A DNA stretch of 64,000 nucleotides, taken from contig OX597834.1 in assembly GCA_951406725.2 (NCBI GenBank), positions 992,001 to 1,056,000 of the forward strand, given 5' to 3'. The notes beneath the pieces were generated by a model that saw only the letters and a program-made list of their open reading frames with translations, did no database searches and was not told where the DNA came from. Position numbers and translations under genes: made by a program. Source of the stretch: Octopus vulgaris (taxonomy: Eukaryota). Every line of letters starts with the position of its first letter. Within the stretch, counting starts at the first letter, position 1. Shown here piece after piece: positions 1 through 13,770 of this stretch.

Positions 1-898
1 TTTTGTTTTACGACCTCTTCCAGTGACTCTGAAACGTTTCATTGGATTTTTTTCAGTGCTGTCAAGTTCACTTTCAGATATTTCCCATTTAGCTACTTTA
101 ACAGCAGAATCAAATAGTCAGTCAGAGTTTTTAACACCAACCAAATTGGAGTAAAACAAACAAACTGCTTTGGCAAAATATCCGTTGGGATATGACGTTT
201 CCTTTTAGCATCCCAATGGGTTTTCCCTTTCATTCACTCTAATTCAGAATCATACTCCTCTTTACATTTGTTCACCATGATAGCAGGTGCTTGCTTTTCT
301 TCTATAGAATAATTTCCATATGCCACACCACAAAATACTCTTTTCTCTGCCAAGATGTTATGGAAAAATAAAATTATTAGTAGATTCTCCAGCTGTTGTA
401 TCACTATGAAAAGCTTACAATTATATTTCACTGGAGACAGATTAGCAAGATTTAATAAGGGGGAGGGGAATCTTAAAAATTAAATAAGCGAGGAGGGGGT
501 GCCAAAAAATCTGAAAAAGGCAAGACTTCCTTTTGTACACCCCAAAAACACCCCTTTTTCCAGAATCTCCTTACCCCAAAACGTAGGTTTTTGGCAAAAT
601 AATACTAATAATAATTTGCGAGAAAATGAGTTGAGGACAGGAGTACGAGGGAATCTGAAAAATTAATAAGCGGGGAGGGGACAAGATATGATATAAAGGT
701 GATTTGGTTAAACTAAAGCGTTAAACCCGGTCAAAAAAACAAAAAAAAATGTCTGTAATAGGTGTAAAACAACTTGCTCTAAACGAATATGACATAAGAA
801 ATGCGCACTCGCGAAAGGGGAGTAGGGGAGAGGCCTCGGAAATTTCACATCTTCAGTCCACGGCCTTTAAACTAGGACAAAAATAGTGTAATTGGTGT

Positions 899-2176
899 TG
901 TAGGAAATACGACCGTATGTGGAGGTTGATGATGTAGGTAAGTCACACGGTCGCATTCCTAACGAAATAAGATAAGCCATAAATACAATTTATACAATGC
1001 AGTGCCAACAGAATATAGATGAATTGACGACAAGACGTTCCACTGTTTGAGAGAAGAGAAGATTTTATTTACAATGGTGTTAATGTTAGAAGGTTGTGAG
1101 TGCTAGCAAGTGTGTGTGTGTGCATGCAACACGTGTTTGTGTCTGTGTGTTCGTGTGTGTGACAGATACAATAAGGGTGAAAGCGTGTGACATAGTAGGT
1201 ACAGAGCATAGAGTTAATGATGGAAATTGGTTTACAGTTCATAAGGTACACGATATGTAAGAGTTCAATATCAAGATGTTGTGTCTCGGGCGGAGGCCGG
1301 TTGGGCGAATTATTGTCGAGCCGCGGTCGTGGTCTCAATCGACGAGCGGGTTCTCTTAATATAGAATTCTTCAGATGGACTGTTTCTACTTGGTGAAGGG
1401 ATTCACTCTAACAGCGTGGTTCTGTGAAGTTGGTGTGTACATGTCTGAAGTGGACGATGGTGATGGCGACTTGAAGTTGGTACAATGATGGTGACGACGG
1501 CGTCGGAGATAGAAGGCTTTCTGTGGTGAGTGTACATTAGCGTCGTCGTGGGTGATCGTCTGTCGCTGTGACTGGAACATGTTGAGTAGCTCTGTGGTCA
1601 GAGGTTTAGTTGAGTCACTTGTGCTTATTTTTCTCTTGATATAGATATTCTTTCAGATATATATACTGCAACTGTTTTTCCGTGGTGAGATATTCACACT
1701 AACAGCATGAGTTGAATCTGTAGTTATCTTGTGTACAAGTTGAAATCTTCGGAGATGCAGACGATGTTGGTGATGGCGTTATGTCTGTCGCTTGGTTTAC
1801 AATAGCGTCTTCATATTATGTTTCGCTTGGTTGTCATCTGCCTTTCGAACCGGAACATGGTTGAGTAAGCTCTGTGTGGTTTCCGACCAAGACCTTAAAA
1901 GGTCTCAAGCCAAAAGACATGAATCGTGAAATGATCAGCCTATTTAAAGAGTTAAGATGGCTCAAATGAAAAGTCCTATCCGAAAGCCGTGATTGGTCAG
2001 TTTACACACTGGCGCGAAGTAAGTAGAGAGACAGACCGTGCTTAGATGCTAACCAATCAAAATAGTGGACACAACAACGTTAAACTAGCCAAAGATGTTT
2101 GTAATCTCAAACGAGATCATTCTTAATATTTTTCTCAAACAGTGAAGATAGCACTGAAGAAAACAATATTGCTACA
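899..2176 (-). mobile_element. Solo LTR (probably Gypsy-type) nested in the left arm of the Merlin element
   Basis: Termini TGTAG...CTACA with 4-bp TSD GTGT (895-898, 2177-2180). Removing it restores the Merlin left arm to match the right arm. Minus-strand TATA-like motif ~1940, CCAAT motifs ~1991 and ~2053, AATAAA ~1065. Confidence 0.75.
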
Positions 2177-2246
2177 GTGTAAAACTACTTGTTCTAAACG
2201 ATTATGAAGAACACACACTCACACATGAATCATAAACTCTGTATTT

Positions 2247-2456
2247 TGTTGATCCTACAAACGCGTCGGTGCACACACAGACGATAGACAGATTGTGAGG
2301 GTCAGTTAAGAGATCGGTTGTTCGCCCAGGCATTCGTGCCTGTTACTTAAAGCAATACCTCGCCAAGTTCCTCTTTATGGAAAGCATCAAACCTACTGCC
2401 AAGAGAATACACGTATTCTTATTGGCAGCAGCAAGTCTTTATCCTGGCCCGAGATA
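2247..2456 (+). pseudogene. Merlin transposase C-terminal fragment (displaced duplicate)
   Basis: Translates VDPTNASVHTQTIDRL*GSVKRSVVRPGIRACYLKQYLAKFLF...LYPGPR*; duplicates 3110-3222. Confidence 0.75.
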
Positions 2457-2705
2457 ATTTTTTCCTCCAAACGCAACCCATCTCATTTCTTTATCATCAC
2501 TGTCGATGGACCACTCAAAGAGATACGTATACATTATCATTTTCGTAACATAATTTCTGTAGTATTTCAAGATGTTTCTGACACGTATTTTGATTCACAT
2601 GGCGGAGATCCAACATTTCTTCACTTTTTCCAGAATTTCTTCTCTTTTTTTTTATGGCGTAACGCTTTAGTTTAACCTAAATTTTCCACGACTAATGCAT
2701 TAGTC

Positions 2706-3222
2706 GTGGAAAATTTGAACATTTCGTATCCGACCTCAATTGATTGGCGATCCTTCTGCTCCGAGGTTTGTCAGCATTGGGTAGAGAATTACCAGGACCA
2801 AATCGGTGGACCAGGAGTTGAAGTAGAGATTAATGAAACAGTTATTGTAAGGAGAAAATACAATCATGGAAGACTCACAAAAACTATCTGGCTTTTCGGT
2901 GGGATAGAGCGAATAGGCAAAAAAAAGTTTTGATACCTCTTTCATCTGAGTGTGGTGAAGAGGAAAAGCGAGATGCCGCCACACTGATCCCCTTAATTAC
3001 CCGATATATACGCCAAGGGTCGGTAGTATATAGCGATTTTTGGGCTGCGTATAACTCTCTTGGAAATCTCGGGTATACCCACTTCCGCATCAACCACAGT
3101 GAAAACTTTGTTGATCCGACAAACACGTCGGTGCACACACAGACGATAGAGAGATTGTGGGGATCAGTTAAGAGATCGGTTGTTCGCCCAGGCATTCGTG
3201 CCTGTTACTTAAAACAATACCT
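2706..3222 (+). pseudogene. Merlin/ISXO2-like transposase catalytic region, frameshifted
   Basis: IGGPGVEVEINET..RRKYNHGR..WLFGGIER, then frameshift to RDAATLIPLI..VYSDFWAAYNSL..H..INHSENFVDP..HTQTIERLW. These are hallmark Merlin motifs; the first catalytic D appears as N. Confidence 0.85.
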
Positions 3223-4325
3223 CCCATCTCGTTTCTTTATCATCACTGTCGATGGACCACTCAAAGAGGTATGTATACATTATCATTTTCGTAACATAAT
3301 TTCTGTAGTATTTCAAGAAGTTTCTGACACTTATTTTGATTCACATGGCGGAGATCCAACATTTCTTCACTTTTTCCAGAATTTCTTCTCTTTATTTTTT
3401 TTTTTTGCGAAATATGTACAAAAATACGGAGTTTATGATTCATGTGTGAGTGTGTGTTCTTGATACTCGTTTAGAACAAGTAGTTTTACACCAATTACAC
3501 TATTTTTTCTTAGTTTAAAGGCCGTGGACTGAAGATGTGAAATTTCCGAAGCCTCTCCCCCACCCCCCTTTCGCGAGCGCGCATTTTTTTCATCATATTC
3601 GTTTAGAGCAAGTTGTTTTACACCTATTACGCTGTTTTTGTGCCCGGATCAGACGCTTTCGGAAATTCCCGATATAAATTTTCCGAGGCCTCTCCCCCAC
3701 CCCCTTTCGCGAGTGCGCATTTTTTTTGTCATATTCGTTTAGAGCAAGTTGTTTTACACATATTACACTATTTTTTTTTTGTTTTGGTGCCCGGGTCAGC
3801 CCCTCAGACGCTTTCGGAAATTCCCGATGTGAATTTTCCGAGGCCTCTCCCCACCCCCCTTTCGCGTGCGGGCATTTTTTTTTTCATATTCGTTCATAGG
3901 AAGTTATTTTACACCTATTACACACATTTTTTTTGTTTTTTTGACCGGGTTTAACGCTTTAGTTTAACCGGTGATTTGACTGCTATTTCTAGCAGGCTAG
4001 CTAACTACGTAGAAGCTACTTTAGTTGCTCGTATGCGTGGTGTATGCATGCTTGAATTTGTATTTGTATATTGATGGTTTGAAAAGACTCTTCTTTTCAC
4101 AATACCAATAGTCATGATTTTAGTAATAAAGAGACACAAATGTAAATAGTTGTCGTAAAAGCTGTATATCATGAGCTAAGCGAAAAATAAAAACCTCATC
4201 TTAGCGGCTCAAAGAATGGGCTTCCATCAACACTGAATTGATTTCCATCAACATGTATGTATTTACGTGAATATGTAGAATAGTAAACAAAAGAAACGCT
4301 TTCAGAAAAGTTATTTGGAGGTTAC

Positions 4326-4452
4326 CTTCATTCGAGTTAATTATTTCAATATCTTCGGTAGTGTTGTGCGGATTTTCAGGATTGAAAACTCTATTAAGCA
4401 CTGCCGTGTCATAGTCGCTGATTGCTACACGGTCGCTTTTCTCTTCATGCAT
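4326..4452 (-). CDS. TTC36: Tetratricopeptide repeat protein 36, first coding exon
   Basis: MHEEKSDRVAISDYDTAVLNRVFNPENPHN resembles the recalled TTC36 N-terminal motif D.AVL..IFNP..P. Ends at donor GAAG|GTAAC (phase 1). Later exons are not seen in the window. Confidence 0.7.
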
Positions 4453-4559
4453 AATGGCTTGCAAGAAAATAAAAATATAATAAACAAAAACCTTCTGGTA
4501 AGCACGATAATACACAAATCGATTACGAAGATTGTTAACAATGGGGCAGAGCAAGAAGG

Positions 4560-4625
4560 AGACTTTCTGAAACGATTTTTGATTGGACAAAAGTTATTGT
4601 GGGCGGGGCGTCATTTCCAGTTGTT
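4560..4625. promoter_or_regulatory. Candidate bidirectional promoter between TTC36 and TICRR
   Basis: ATTGG (CCAAT box) at 4582-4586 and GC box GGGCGGGGC at 4601-4609, between two divergent coding regions. Confidence 0.45.
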
Positions 4626-4925
4626 TAACCGCATCTCACCCACTAATTGAGATGAAAAGCTTTCCGTCCACGACATCTGTTTTGTGTAGAGTATCTAGAA
4701 TTGTTTTATCTAATATGTGTCCTTCCTTTTTTAAAGCTGAGGAGTGTGATATGAGAGGAATTTGACTGATATTTCTAGCAGTTCGGACGAGCATGTAGAG
4801 GTTTTCTAATCTTTAGTAATTGTTTAGCGAGGTCAGTGCTGATAAAGCAGGTAGTACCAAGGACGTTCTAGTCTTCTTTATTATCTGATGTGTCCATCCT
4901 ATTTGTTTTAAACCTTAATGTTAAT

Positions 4926-5260
4926 AAATTTTTTGATTCTGGAAAACTTACTGAACATCACAAATTCAACGATTTCAAACTTAGACATTTCGAAGAATTC
5001 GAAAAAGAATTACAAAGAGAGTTCGAAGGTGATGGTTCCAGCGTGCCGAAGGTCAACAGTGGAGATTCTTCCGAAAGGAGGAAGTCAAACACTCCATCAG
5101 CAGCTGAATGTTTGAAAAGGACTTTATCCTACGCTGTCTACGACTTCCATTGGGAAAGTCCAGACATCACATCTCCTGCCAGGAAGATCGGAAGGAGTAG
5201 TATTCGGTCTTCCAGAAAACACAGTGCCGTTGTTTCAAGTGAGATTTCTCCACACAACCT
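4926..5260 (+). pseudogene. TICRR: Treslin N-terminal coding segment, truncated at both ends
   Basis: KFFDSG..DFKLRHFEEFEKEL..YDFHWESPDITSP matches recalled vertebrate Treslin FKFFDS..WEDFEEEL..DYQWDRPEITSP. No ATG or AG acceptor immediately upstream; cut at 5261 by a palindrome. Confidence 0.8.
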
Positions 5261-5357
5261 TGTATAAGTAGTTATATGCTTATATTATCCATTATAGTAA
5301 TATTTGTCTGTTGAAACCTGTTTTAAGGCGGTCAATAGTTTAATTAAAGATGTATCT

Positions 5358-5409
<52 letters not shown>

Positions 5410-5427
5410 GTGTATATATACATGTGT

Positions 5428-5473
<46 letters not shown>

Positions 5474-5861
5474 GTCTATATATATACACATGTATATATA
5501 AATATATATATATACACATGTCTATATATATACACATGTATATATATATACATGTATAGACACATCTTTAATTAAACTATTGACCGCCTTAAAACGGGTT
5601 TCAACAGACAAATATTACTATAATGGATAATGTAATGGATAAAATTCAGACAAACTTACCTCTTGCTGTCAAAAAAAGTGGATTAATTCTCAGCAAAACA
5701 TACTGTTATGCTAGACCAGTGGTTTTCAACCAGGGTTCCACAAGAAGTTGCAAAACTGCTAAAATCGGCAGTAATTTTTAATTCTCCTGTGCAGATATGC
5801 GTGCATAAGACTATTAAATTATTGCACAGGGGTTCCTCGAGCCAGTGGAATGTTTGAATTA

Positions 5862-6245
5862 CGCTCTGTGATAGTGTCAGGTTCTAATTTTTGCTTCTGA
5901 TCTCTCTCTGTGCCGCCCTCTCTATCTCAAACTAATTTTTGTGTAGGTGGAGGTGTGGTGGGGAGACAGATGAACAATGTCTCATGAACCATTTCTTAAA
6001 CATACACGATATAGTCTATAAATTTGGGATGTTTTTGAAAGATAATATATTTTATCATCAGAATATATATACTTTCTCACACTACAATTAAGGTATATTT
6101 ATTTTAAATCGTTCATCTTTTCCCGCCCACAACAAAACTTGGCGCGAAAACTTTTCTAAATATCAGCAGAATGAACAACTGAGATAGAGAGGGGGTGGGC
6201 AAAGAGAGATCAGAAGCAAAAATTAGAAACTGAAACCACACAGCG
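5862..6245. mobile_element. MITE with TA flanks (Tc1/mariner-type) at the palindrome centre
   Basis: Imperfect ~65-bp TIRs CGCTCTGTG..TTCTAATTTTTGCTTCTGATCTCTCT..CTCTCTATCTCA and their reverse complement; TA on both sides. Confidence 0.6.
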
Positions 6246-6247
6246 TA

Positions 6248-6390
6248 ATTCAAACATTCCACTGGCTCGAGGAACCCCTGTGCAATAATTTAATAGTCTT
6301 ATGCACGCATATCTGCACAGGAGAATTAAAAATTACTGCCGATTTTAGCAGTTTTGCAACTTCTTGCGGAACCCTGGTTGAAAACCACTG
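6248..6390. mobile_element. hAT-like non-autonomous element end (mirror copy at 5717-5859)
   Basis: Terminus GGTTGAAAACCACTG (reverse complement CAGTGGTTTTCAACC) abutting GTCTAGCA, which resembles a Charlie/Buster-type target. Confidence 0.55.
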
Positions 6391-6394
6391 GTCT

Positions 6395-6447
6395 AGCATA
6401 ACAGTATGTTTTGTTGAGAATTAATCCACTTTTTTTGACAGCAAGAG
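6395..6447 (+). pseudogene. TICRR: Probable 3' remnant of a TICRR exon with in-frame stop
   Basis: SITVCFVEN*STFFDSK followed by a strong donor AG|GTAAGT. Position is consistent with Treslin KITFYWVDT, and the phase fits an acceptor at 16813. Confidence 0.4.
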
Positions 6448-6672
6448 GTAAGTTTGTCTGAATTTTATCCATTACATTATCCATTATAGTAATATTTGTC
6501 TGTTGAAACCCGTTTTAAGGCGGTCAATAGTTTAATTAAAGATGTGTCTATACATGTATATATATATACATGTGTATATATATATATGTTATATATATAT
6601 ATTTATATATACATGTGTATATATATAGACATGTGTATATATATATATATGTATACACATGTATATATACAC

Positions 6673-6714
<42 letters not shown>

Positions 6715-7129
6715 AGATACATCTTCAATTAAACTATTGACCGCCTTAAAACAGGTTTCAACAGACAAATATTACTATAATGGATAATATAAGCATATAA
6801 CTACTTATACACACATACAATAAATACAGACACACACATTAGTCAGACATATAGCCACATATACACACACTGCAAGAATATATTTATTTATAAAGTTTAA
6901 ACAGAACATGGAATGAAATGTATTTATTTATAAACTTTAAACTGAACTTCTATTGTTTTATAAGCCTAACAGCGAACCTGACGCAAATACACGAAGTTGA
7001 CGACTTTCACTTCTGACAGCTAAAAGCATGACAGTATGCCAAATCTTCTTTTGCCCAATGATTTGTTCACACTTCAATTTACTATCTTCTAGAAATGTTT
7101 CTTTTCTAAATTATTGATTTGTTATTTCT

Positions 7130-7532
7130 TTTTCCTTGTGAAAATTCCGGGGAGGGGGTTACCCCCCTTTCGGAGCAATTCCGGACCAAAATATGGGATT
7201 TGCAGCATATTAGGAGGTCAAGTTACTTGATTCCACGCAAAAAATCTGATTTTTTTTTCCTTGTGAAAATTCCGGACCAAAATATGGGATTTGCAGCATA
7301 TTAGGAGGTCAGGGTACTTGATTCCACGCAAGAAATCTGAGGTTTTTTTCTTCTTCCTTGTGAAAATTCCGGGGGAGGGGTGTTACCCCCCCCTTCCCGG
7401 AGCAATTCCGGACCAAAATATGGGATTTGCAGCATATTAGGAGGTCAGGGTACTTGATCCCACGCAAAAAATCCGAGTTTTTTTTTTTTTTTCTTAGTGA
7501 AAATCGTGCGGGTGTTAATCTGTAATTTTACC
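7130..7532. repeat. Three tandem subterminal-type repeats, probable orphan DNA-transposon end
   Basis: Three copies of TTCCGGACCAAAATATGGGATTTGCAGCATATTAGGAGGTCA..TACTTGAT..CACGCAA, ending in GTAATTTTACC. Confidence 0.6.
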
Positions 7533-8487
7533 GTCAATTCTGACCTTTCCCCACCTAAAATTGCGGGCCTTGTGTTGACTGGATTAAAATCTCTCTGAAA
7601 ATGCTCAACTATTGTTTTTCATAAAGCATTTATCTTCGTAAGTTTTGTGTCAATTATGATGTATTGGGATAAATATATTGATTCTTAAACCAGAGACCTT
7701 TTTCTACCACCTACAATCCACACACACACACTTTTAAAAAAAAAGGTCTATTACTTCAAATGTTAATGGTTTCTGTTAAGACTCAGCAACTTTTAACGAG
7801 TTCTTGACTAGAATTTGGTTTGTCAACTGTTAATAACTTTCAGTTCTTTAGACGTTCACATGATTGGGTAACAAGGCTAACGTGGGTGAGTAGAGGGGCT
7901 TATACGTGTCACTCGGCTAGCTAGAAATAGCAGTCAAATTACTCTCGGATCCATACTTAACCTCTTTAAAAGAAAGAGAGAAGGGCGTATTCAGTAAAGT
8001 AGTCCAAGATACACTATATCTAGAAAAAATAAGTGAGAGTAGTTGGTCACGATGTAAAGATCATGCAGTTGTTCAGTCTAGGAGCCCAATAACAAATCAA
8101 CTTATTTGTTTATGAAAGAAATCGGTACTTGGAGAGTGAAAACGTTTTTTTCTCTCTTTTTGTTTTCTAAACTTTTCTGATTGAATACTTTCCCTCTTTA
8201 TTGTAGTCCTGTAAACTCCTTATCCACTTTTTCATGCTTGCATATGTGTCACACGGAATTTGTAAAAGCAGATTTTCTACGACTGGATGCCCTTGTTGAC
8301 AACCCCTACCTGTTTCCGAGCAAAGTAACTGATCCCCGTGGCTAGACATGTTTTTCACGGAAGACGAGAAACGAACATAATCTATATGACATGGTGTCAA
8401 CACCAGGACACATTCTGTATATATATATCATCATCATCGTTTAACGTCCGTCCGCCTTCCGTGCTGGCATGGATGTATATATATACT

Positions 8488-9957
<1,470 letters not shown>

Positions 9958-10326
9958 CTGATTTTATTCAATTTCCAGGTACCCAATAAACTCAAAATGT
10001 CATGTAATGGGATAATAGTGATAATTCAGAGATTTAAAAGAAATAAGGATGATTATAGTTGGAAGGGCAACTCTTCTGAAACAAAAAGTATCAAGTCCCC
10101 AATACTTTTTGGTAGCAGCAACATTAGCATTTTGGATATAATTCATCTGTTTTTGTGGATCATAGAATCATCAGTGAAGAACGTGTAGAAGTCAGTTATG
10201 TCTACTAAAAAAAAATAGCAACATCATTTAACGTCTGTCTTCCTATAACAGTTGACTACAATGCTGCTATGCCAGTCATTGGGTATAATACCTTTCTATA
10301 CATCCTGATTAACTATATGGGTGAAG

Positions 10327-12794
10327 TGTATCAGACTGCCAGAAGGGAAGCTAGGAGGCAGGTTCATTTAGCCATAGGAGAAGCAGATAAGAAAAAATCT
10401 GCCAATGTTCTGCGTCGTGAGGACGAAAGAATTAAGGCATTTCGTGTTGCAAGACAGTGTGTGAGAGAGAATCCTGATGTGGTAGGAGAGAAATGTGTCC
10501 ACATGGATGATGGCTCACTTGCATTTAATGAGGCTGAAAAGAGAGAGACTTGGAGAAGCCACTATGAAAGGTTGCTGAATAAAGAAAATGAATGGGCGAA
10601 AAAGAGTCTGCCGAATGTCGACCCAACAGAGGGACCAGCTATCCGAGTTGACAGTACCTTGGTAGATAAGGCAATTAGAAGTATGAAGACAGGGAAAGCC
10701 CCAGGCCCATCAGGAATCACTGCAGAGATGCTCAAAATATCTGGCAGTGTCGGCTATAGCCTAGTCACCCGTATTGTAAACCAGGTGATACACAAAGGAG
10801 TCATTCCCAATGACTGGTGTAGCAGCATAATAGTTAACTGCTACAAAGGTAAAGGTGACACTTTAGATATAAATAATTACAGAGGTAACAAGCTGTTGGA
10901 TCAGGTAATGAAGGTCACGTAGAGGGTCATAGCCCAACTGATTAGGGAGAGAGTCAGCTTGGATGAGATGCAGTTTGGTTTCATGCCAGGGAAAAGCACC
11001 ACTGATGCCATATTTCTGGTAAGACAGCTGCAGGAGAAATACCTAGCCAAACATAAGCCCCTGTACCTGGCTTTTCGTTGACATGAAGAAAGCCTTTGAC
11101 AGGGTCCCTCAATCCCTTATCCGGTGGTCAATGAAGAAACTAAGGATAGATGAATGGTTAGTGAGAGCTGTGCAAGCCATGTACAGGGGTGCTGTAAGGT
11201 GAGGGTTGGCAACGAGCACACTGAAGAATTCAGGGTAGAGGTAGGGGTCCACCAAGGTTCAGTCCTCAGTCCCCACCTATCTATCTTAGTCCTCCAGGCA
11301 ATAATGGAGGAATTCAAGACAGGATGCCCCTGGGAGTGCCTCTATGCTGATGCCCTTGCACTAATTGCTGAGTCACTATCAGAACTGGAGGAGAAGTTTC
11401 AGGTGTGGAAACAAGGATTAGAATTGAAGGGCCTTAGAGTCAACCTAGCTAAAACCAAAGTCTTAATAAGTAGGAAAGCAGGCAAACCACAAATCCCTTC
11501 AGGTAGATGGCCCTGCTCGATCTGTTGTAGAGGCATAGGTAGAAACTCTTATAAGATGTACTAAGTGTAAACTATAGACACATAAGAGGTGCAGTAATAT
11601 CAAAGGAAGGCTAACTAGGAAGATAGTTTTTGTATGTGGCAGATGCTTGGGAGCAATAAACACTGAAAATGCACTGAGAACAACTTCCGCCACATTCCAG
11701 GGAGGAAAACTAGAAGTGGTTGATAGCTTCCATTACTTAGGTGACCAAGTCAGTAGCAGGGGAGGGTGCGATAAAAATAGCTTGGGCAAAGTTCAGAGAG
11801 CTCTTACTTCTGCTGGTGACAAAGGACCTCTCGCTCAGAGTAAAAGGTAGACTGTATGACATGTGTACGAACAGCCATGCTACATGGCAGTGAAACATGG
11901 GCTGTGACTGCTGAGGACATGCGTAAGCTTGCAAGGAATGAAGCCAGTATGATCAGATGGATGTGTAATGTCAGTGTGCATACTCGACAGAGTGTAAGTA
12001 CCTTGAGAGAAAAGTTGGACCTAAGAAGCATCAGATGTGGTGTGCAAGAGAGACGTTTGCGCTGGTATGGTCATGTGGCGAGAATGGATGAGGACAACTG
12101 TGCGAAAAAGTGCCACACCCTAGCGGTTGAGGGAACCTGTGGAAGAGGTAGACCCAGGAAAACCTGGGATGAAGTGGTGAAGCACAACCTTCAAACCTCA
12201 CCAAGGAAATGACTAGCGACTGAGACTTTTGGAAATATGCCGTGTGTGAGAAGACCCGGCAAGCCAAATGAGACCATAATCTGAAGGCCTATGCCAGGGG
12301 CATTACCAGCCCTCTTATGTGTACCTTTTCCTTCTTTGGACACTAAAACTCTGCTTGCGAAGACCTGTTGAGGCAAGTGAAATCAAATTCGATGACTGGC
12401 GTCCGTGCTAGCAGGGTGCAAAGAGAACCGTTCGAGCATGATCGTTACCAGCGTCACCTTACTGGCACTCGAGCCCCGTGCAAGTAGGGTATTGAGAGCA
12501 CCATCCGAGCGTGATCGTTACCAGCATCGCCTTACTGGCATCTGTGCTGGTGGCATGTGTAAAAGATTTGAGCAAGGTCGTTGCCAGTACTACCTGATTG
12601 GTTTCATGCTGGTGGCACGTAAAAGTACCCACTACACTCTCGGAGTGGTTGGCATTAGGAAGGGCATGCAGCTGTAGAAACTCTGCCAGATCAAGATTGA
12701 AGCCTGGTGCAGCCATCTGGTTCGCCAGCCCTTAGTCATTCGTCCAACCCATGCTAGCATGGAAAGCGGACGTTAAACGATGATGATGATGATG
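10327..12794 (+). mobile_element. RTE-clade LINE, 5'-truncated and degraded
   Basis: RT fragments (MKTGKAPGPSGITAEML, VGVHQGSVLSP, LYADAL, RRLRWYGHVARM, GRGRPRKTW) broken by stops and frameshifts; (GAT)n tail. Confidence 0.9.
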
Positions 12795-12799
12795 TGACT

Positions 12800-13770
12800 A
12801 GGCTGTATCCTACTCTGCCAGATATTTTAAGCATCTTGGAGGTAATTCCTGATGGACTAAGGGCTTTCTCTGCCATCATATCCTAAATTGCTCTACCTTC
12901 TATGCTTCTGTCAACTACAATAGCTATTTTCTTTATTTGGTTCACATTGGAAAGACCTTTTTTTCTTCCACACATTATCCTAATAGCATTTCATAGTAGC
13001 ATTCACATCTATTTTCCAAATCACTAATATTAAATGTTCCATCATCCATCCAAACACTTCTTGCCCACAACATGTTGATTCCCTCTGATACACTGTTTTA
13101 CAATCTCGATCATTTCATGCCTCTGATGTCATCATGCTGCAGAACATTGGCAGACCTCTTACTTTCTGCTCCTCCCTTTGCTCTATATATACCTGTTGCC
13201 TAGCTTCTTTTCTAGCTACTTTAATTCTTTGCAGCCTCCATTTTTCTAGTGTTTCCAAGCCTGTCTCTTAGTTTTAATGACCGTTCACCTCATTGCTCCA
13301 CCTATTTCAGCCAGCTACACATTTGATCTGTTGCTCAAATGTGATAATTTCTCTTCTATATTATATGTCTCTATCTCCTCATCATCAGATGCTTCAATTA
13401 GTACTTTTCTGCATTTCTGTCTGTTCATTGTATTTTTAAGCTTCCGTAACATCCTTTTCCAAACTGGTTGTTTTATATCTAAGCCTGAAGTCACTAGCCA
13501 CTAACCTTTGTTGAGTTGTACATTCTTCACTCAAAAATGTACAAGCATCTGTCTGTCCCATTTTCTGGTGAAAATGTAGTCAACCTGGCTTGTGTACCCA
13601 CAAGATTGATAGTGATCAGATAAATGGTTGGTTTCTTGAAGTTAATGTTACAGGTCATCTAATCATTTGCATCAAAGCTTTGATCCCTCCTCAATTCTAG
13701 GACCAAAGTTTGTGTTTCTGTGTACTCTATGGAATCCAAGTCCCAATATGTTTGTTGAAGTCTCCAGACA
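12800..13770 (-). mobile_element. Old degraded RTE-like LINE fragment (endonuclease/linker region)
   Basis: Minus-strand remnants at ~13565-13650 resembling NFKKP..LIT and SQVDYIFT. Confidence 0.45.

Larger units (their letters stand above)
706..3969 (+). mobile_element. Merlin (IS1595/ISXO2-like) DNA transposon, non-autonomous and rearranged
   Basis: Terminal inverted repeats GGTTAAACTAAAGCGTTAAACCCGGTCAAAAAAAC / GTTTTTTTGACCGGGTTTAACGCTTTAGTTTAACC. Perfect 8-bp TSD GGTGATTT at 698-705 and 3970-3977. Subterminal tandem repeats at ~3535-3920. Transposase fragments inside. Confidence 0.9.
5261..6811. repeat. 1.55 kb palindrome (inverted duplication) with a nested hairpin in each arm
   Basis: 5261-5861 is the reverse complement of 6246-6811 with few substitutions outside the TA tracts. 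Each arm contains an ~80-bp inverted repeat around a TA tract. Confidence 0.9.

Noticed and set aside
1-690. Short minus-strand ORF and repeated AATAAG(C)GGGGAGGGG motifs
   Set aside because: Not similar to TTC36 downstream exons; possibly a decayed transposon, but no family could be supported.
7130-7500. Repeat-spacer-like pattern suggesting CRISPR
   Set aside because: Eukaryotic context, spacers are not unique and there are no cas genes; ordinary tandem repeats.
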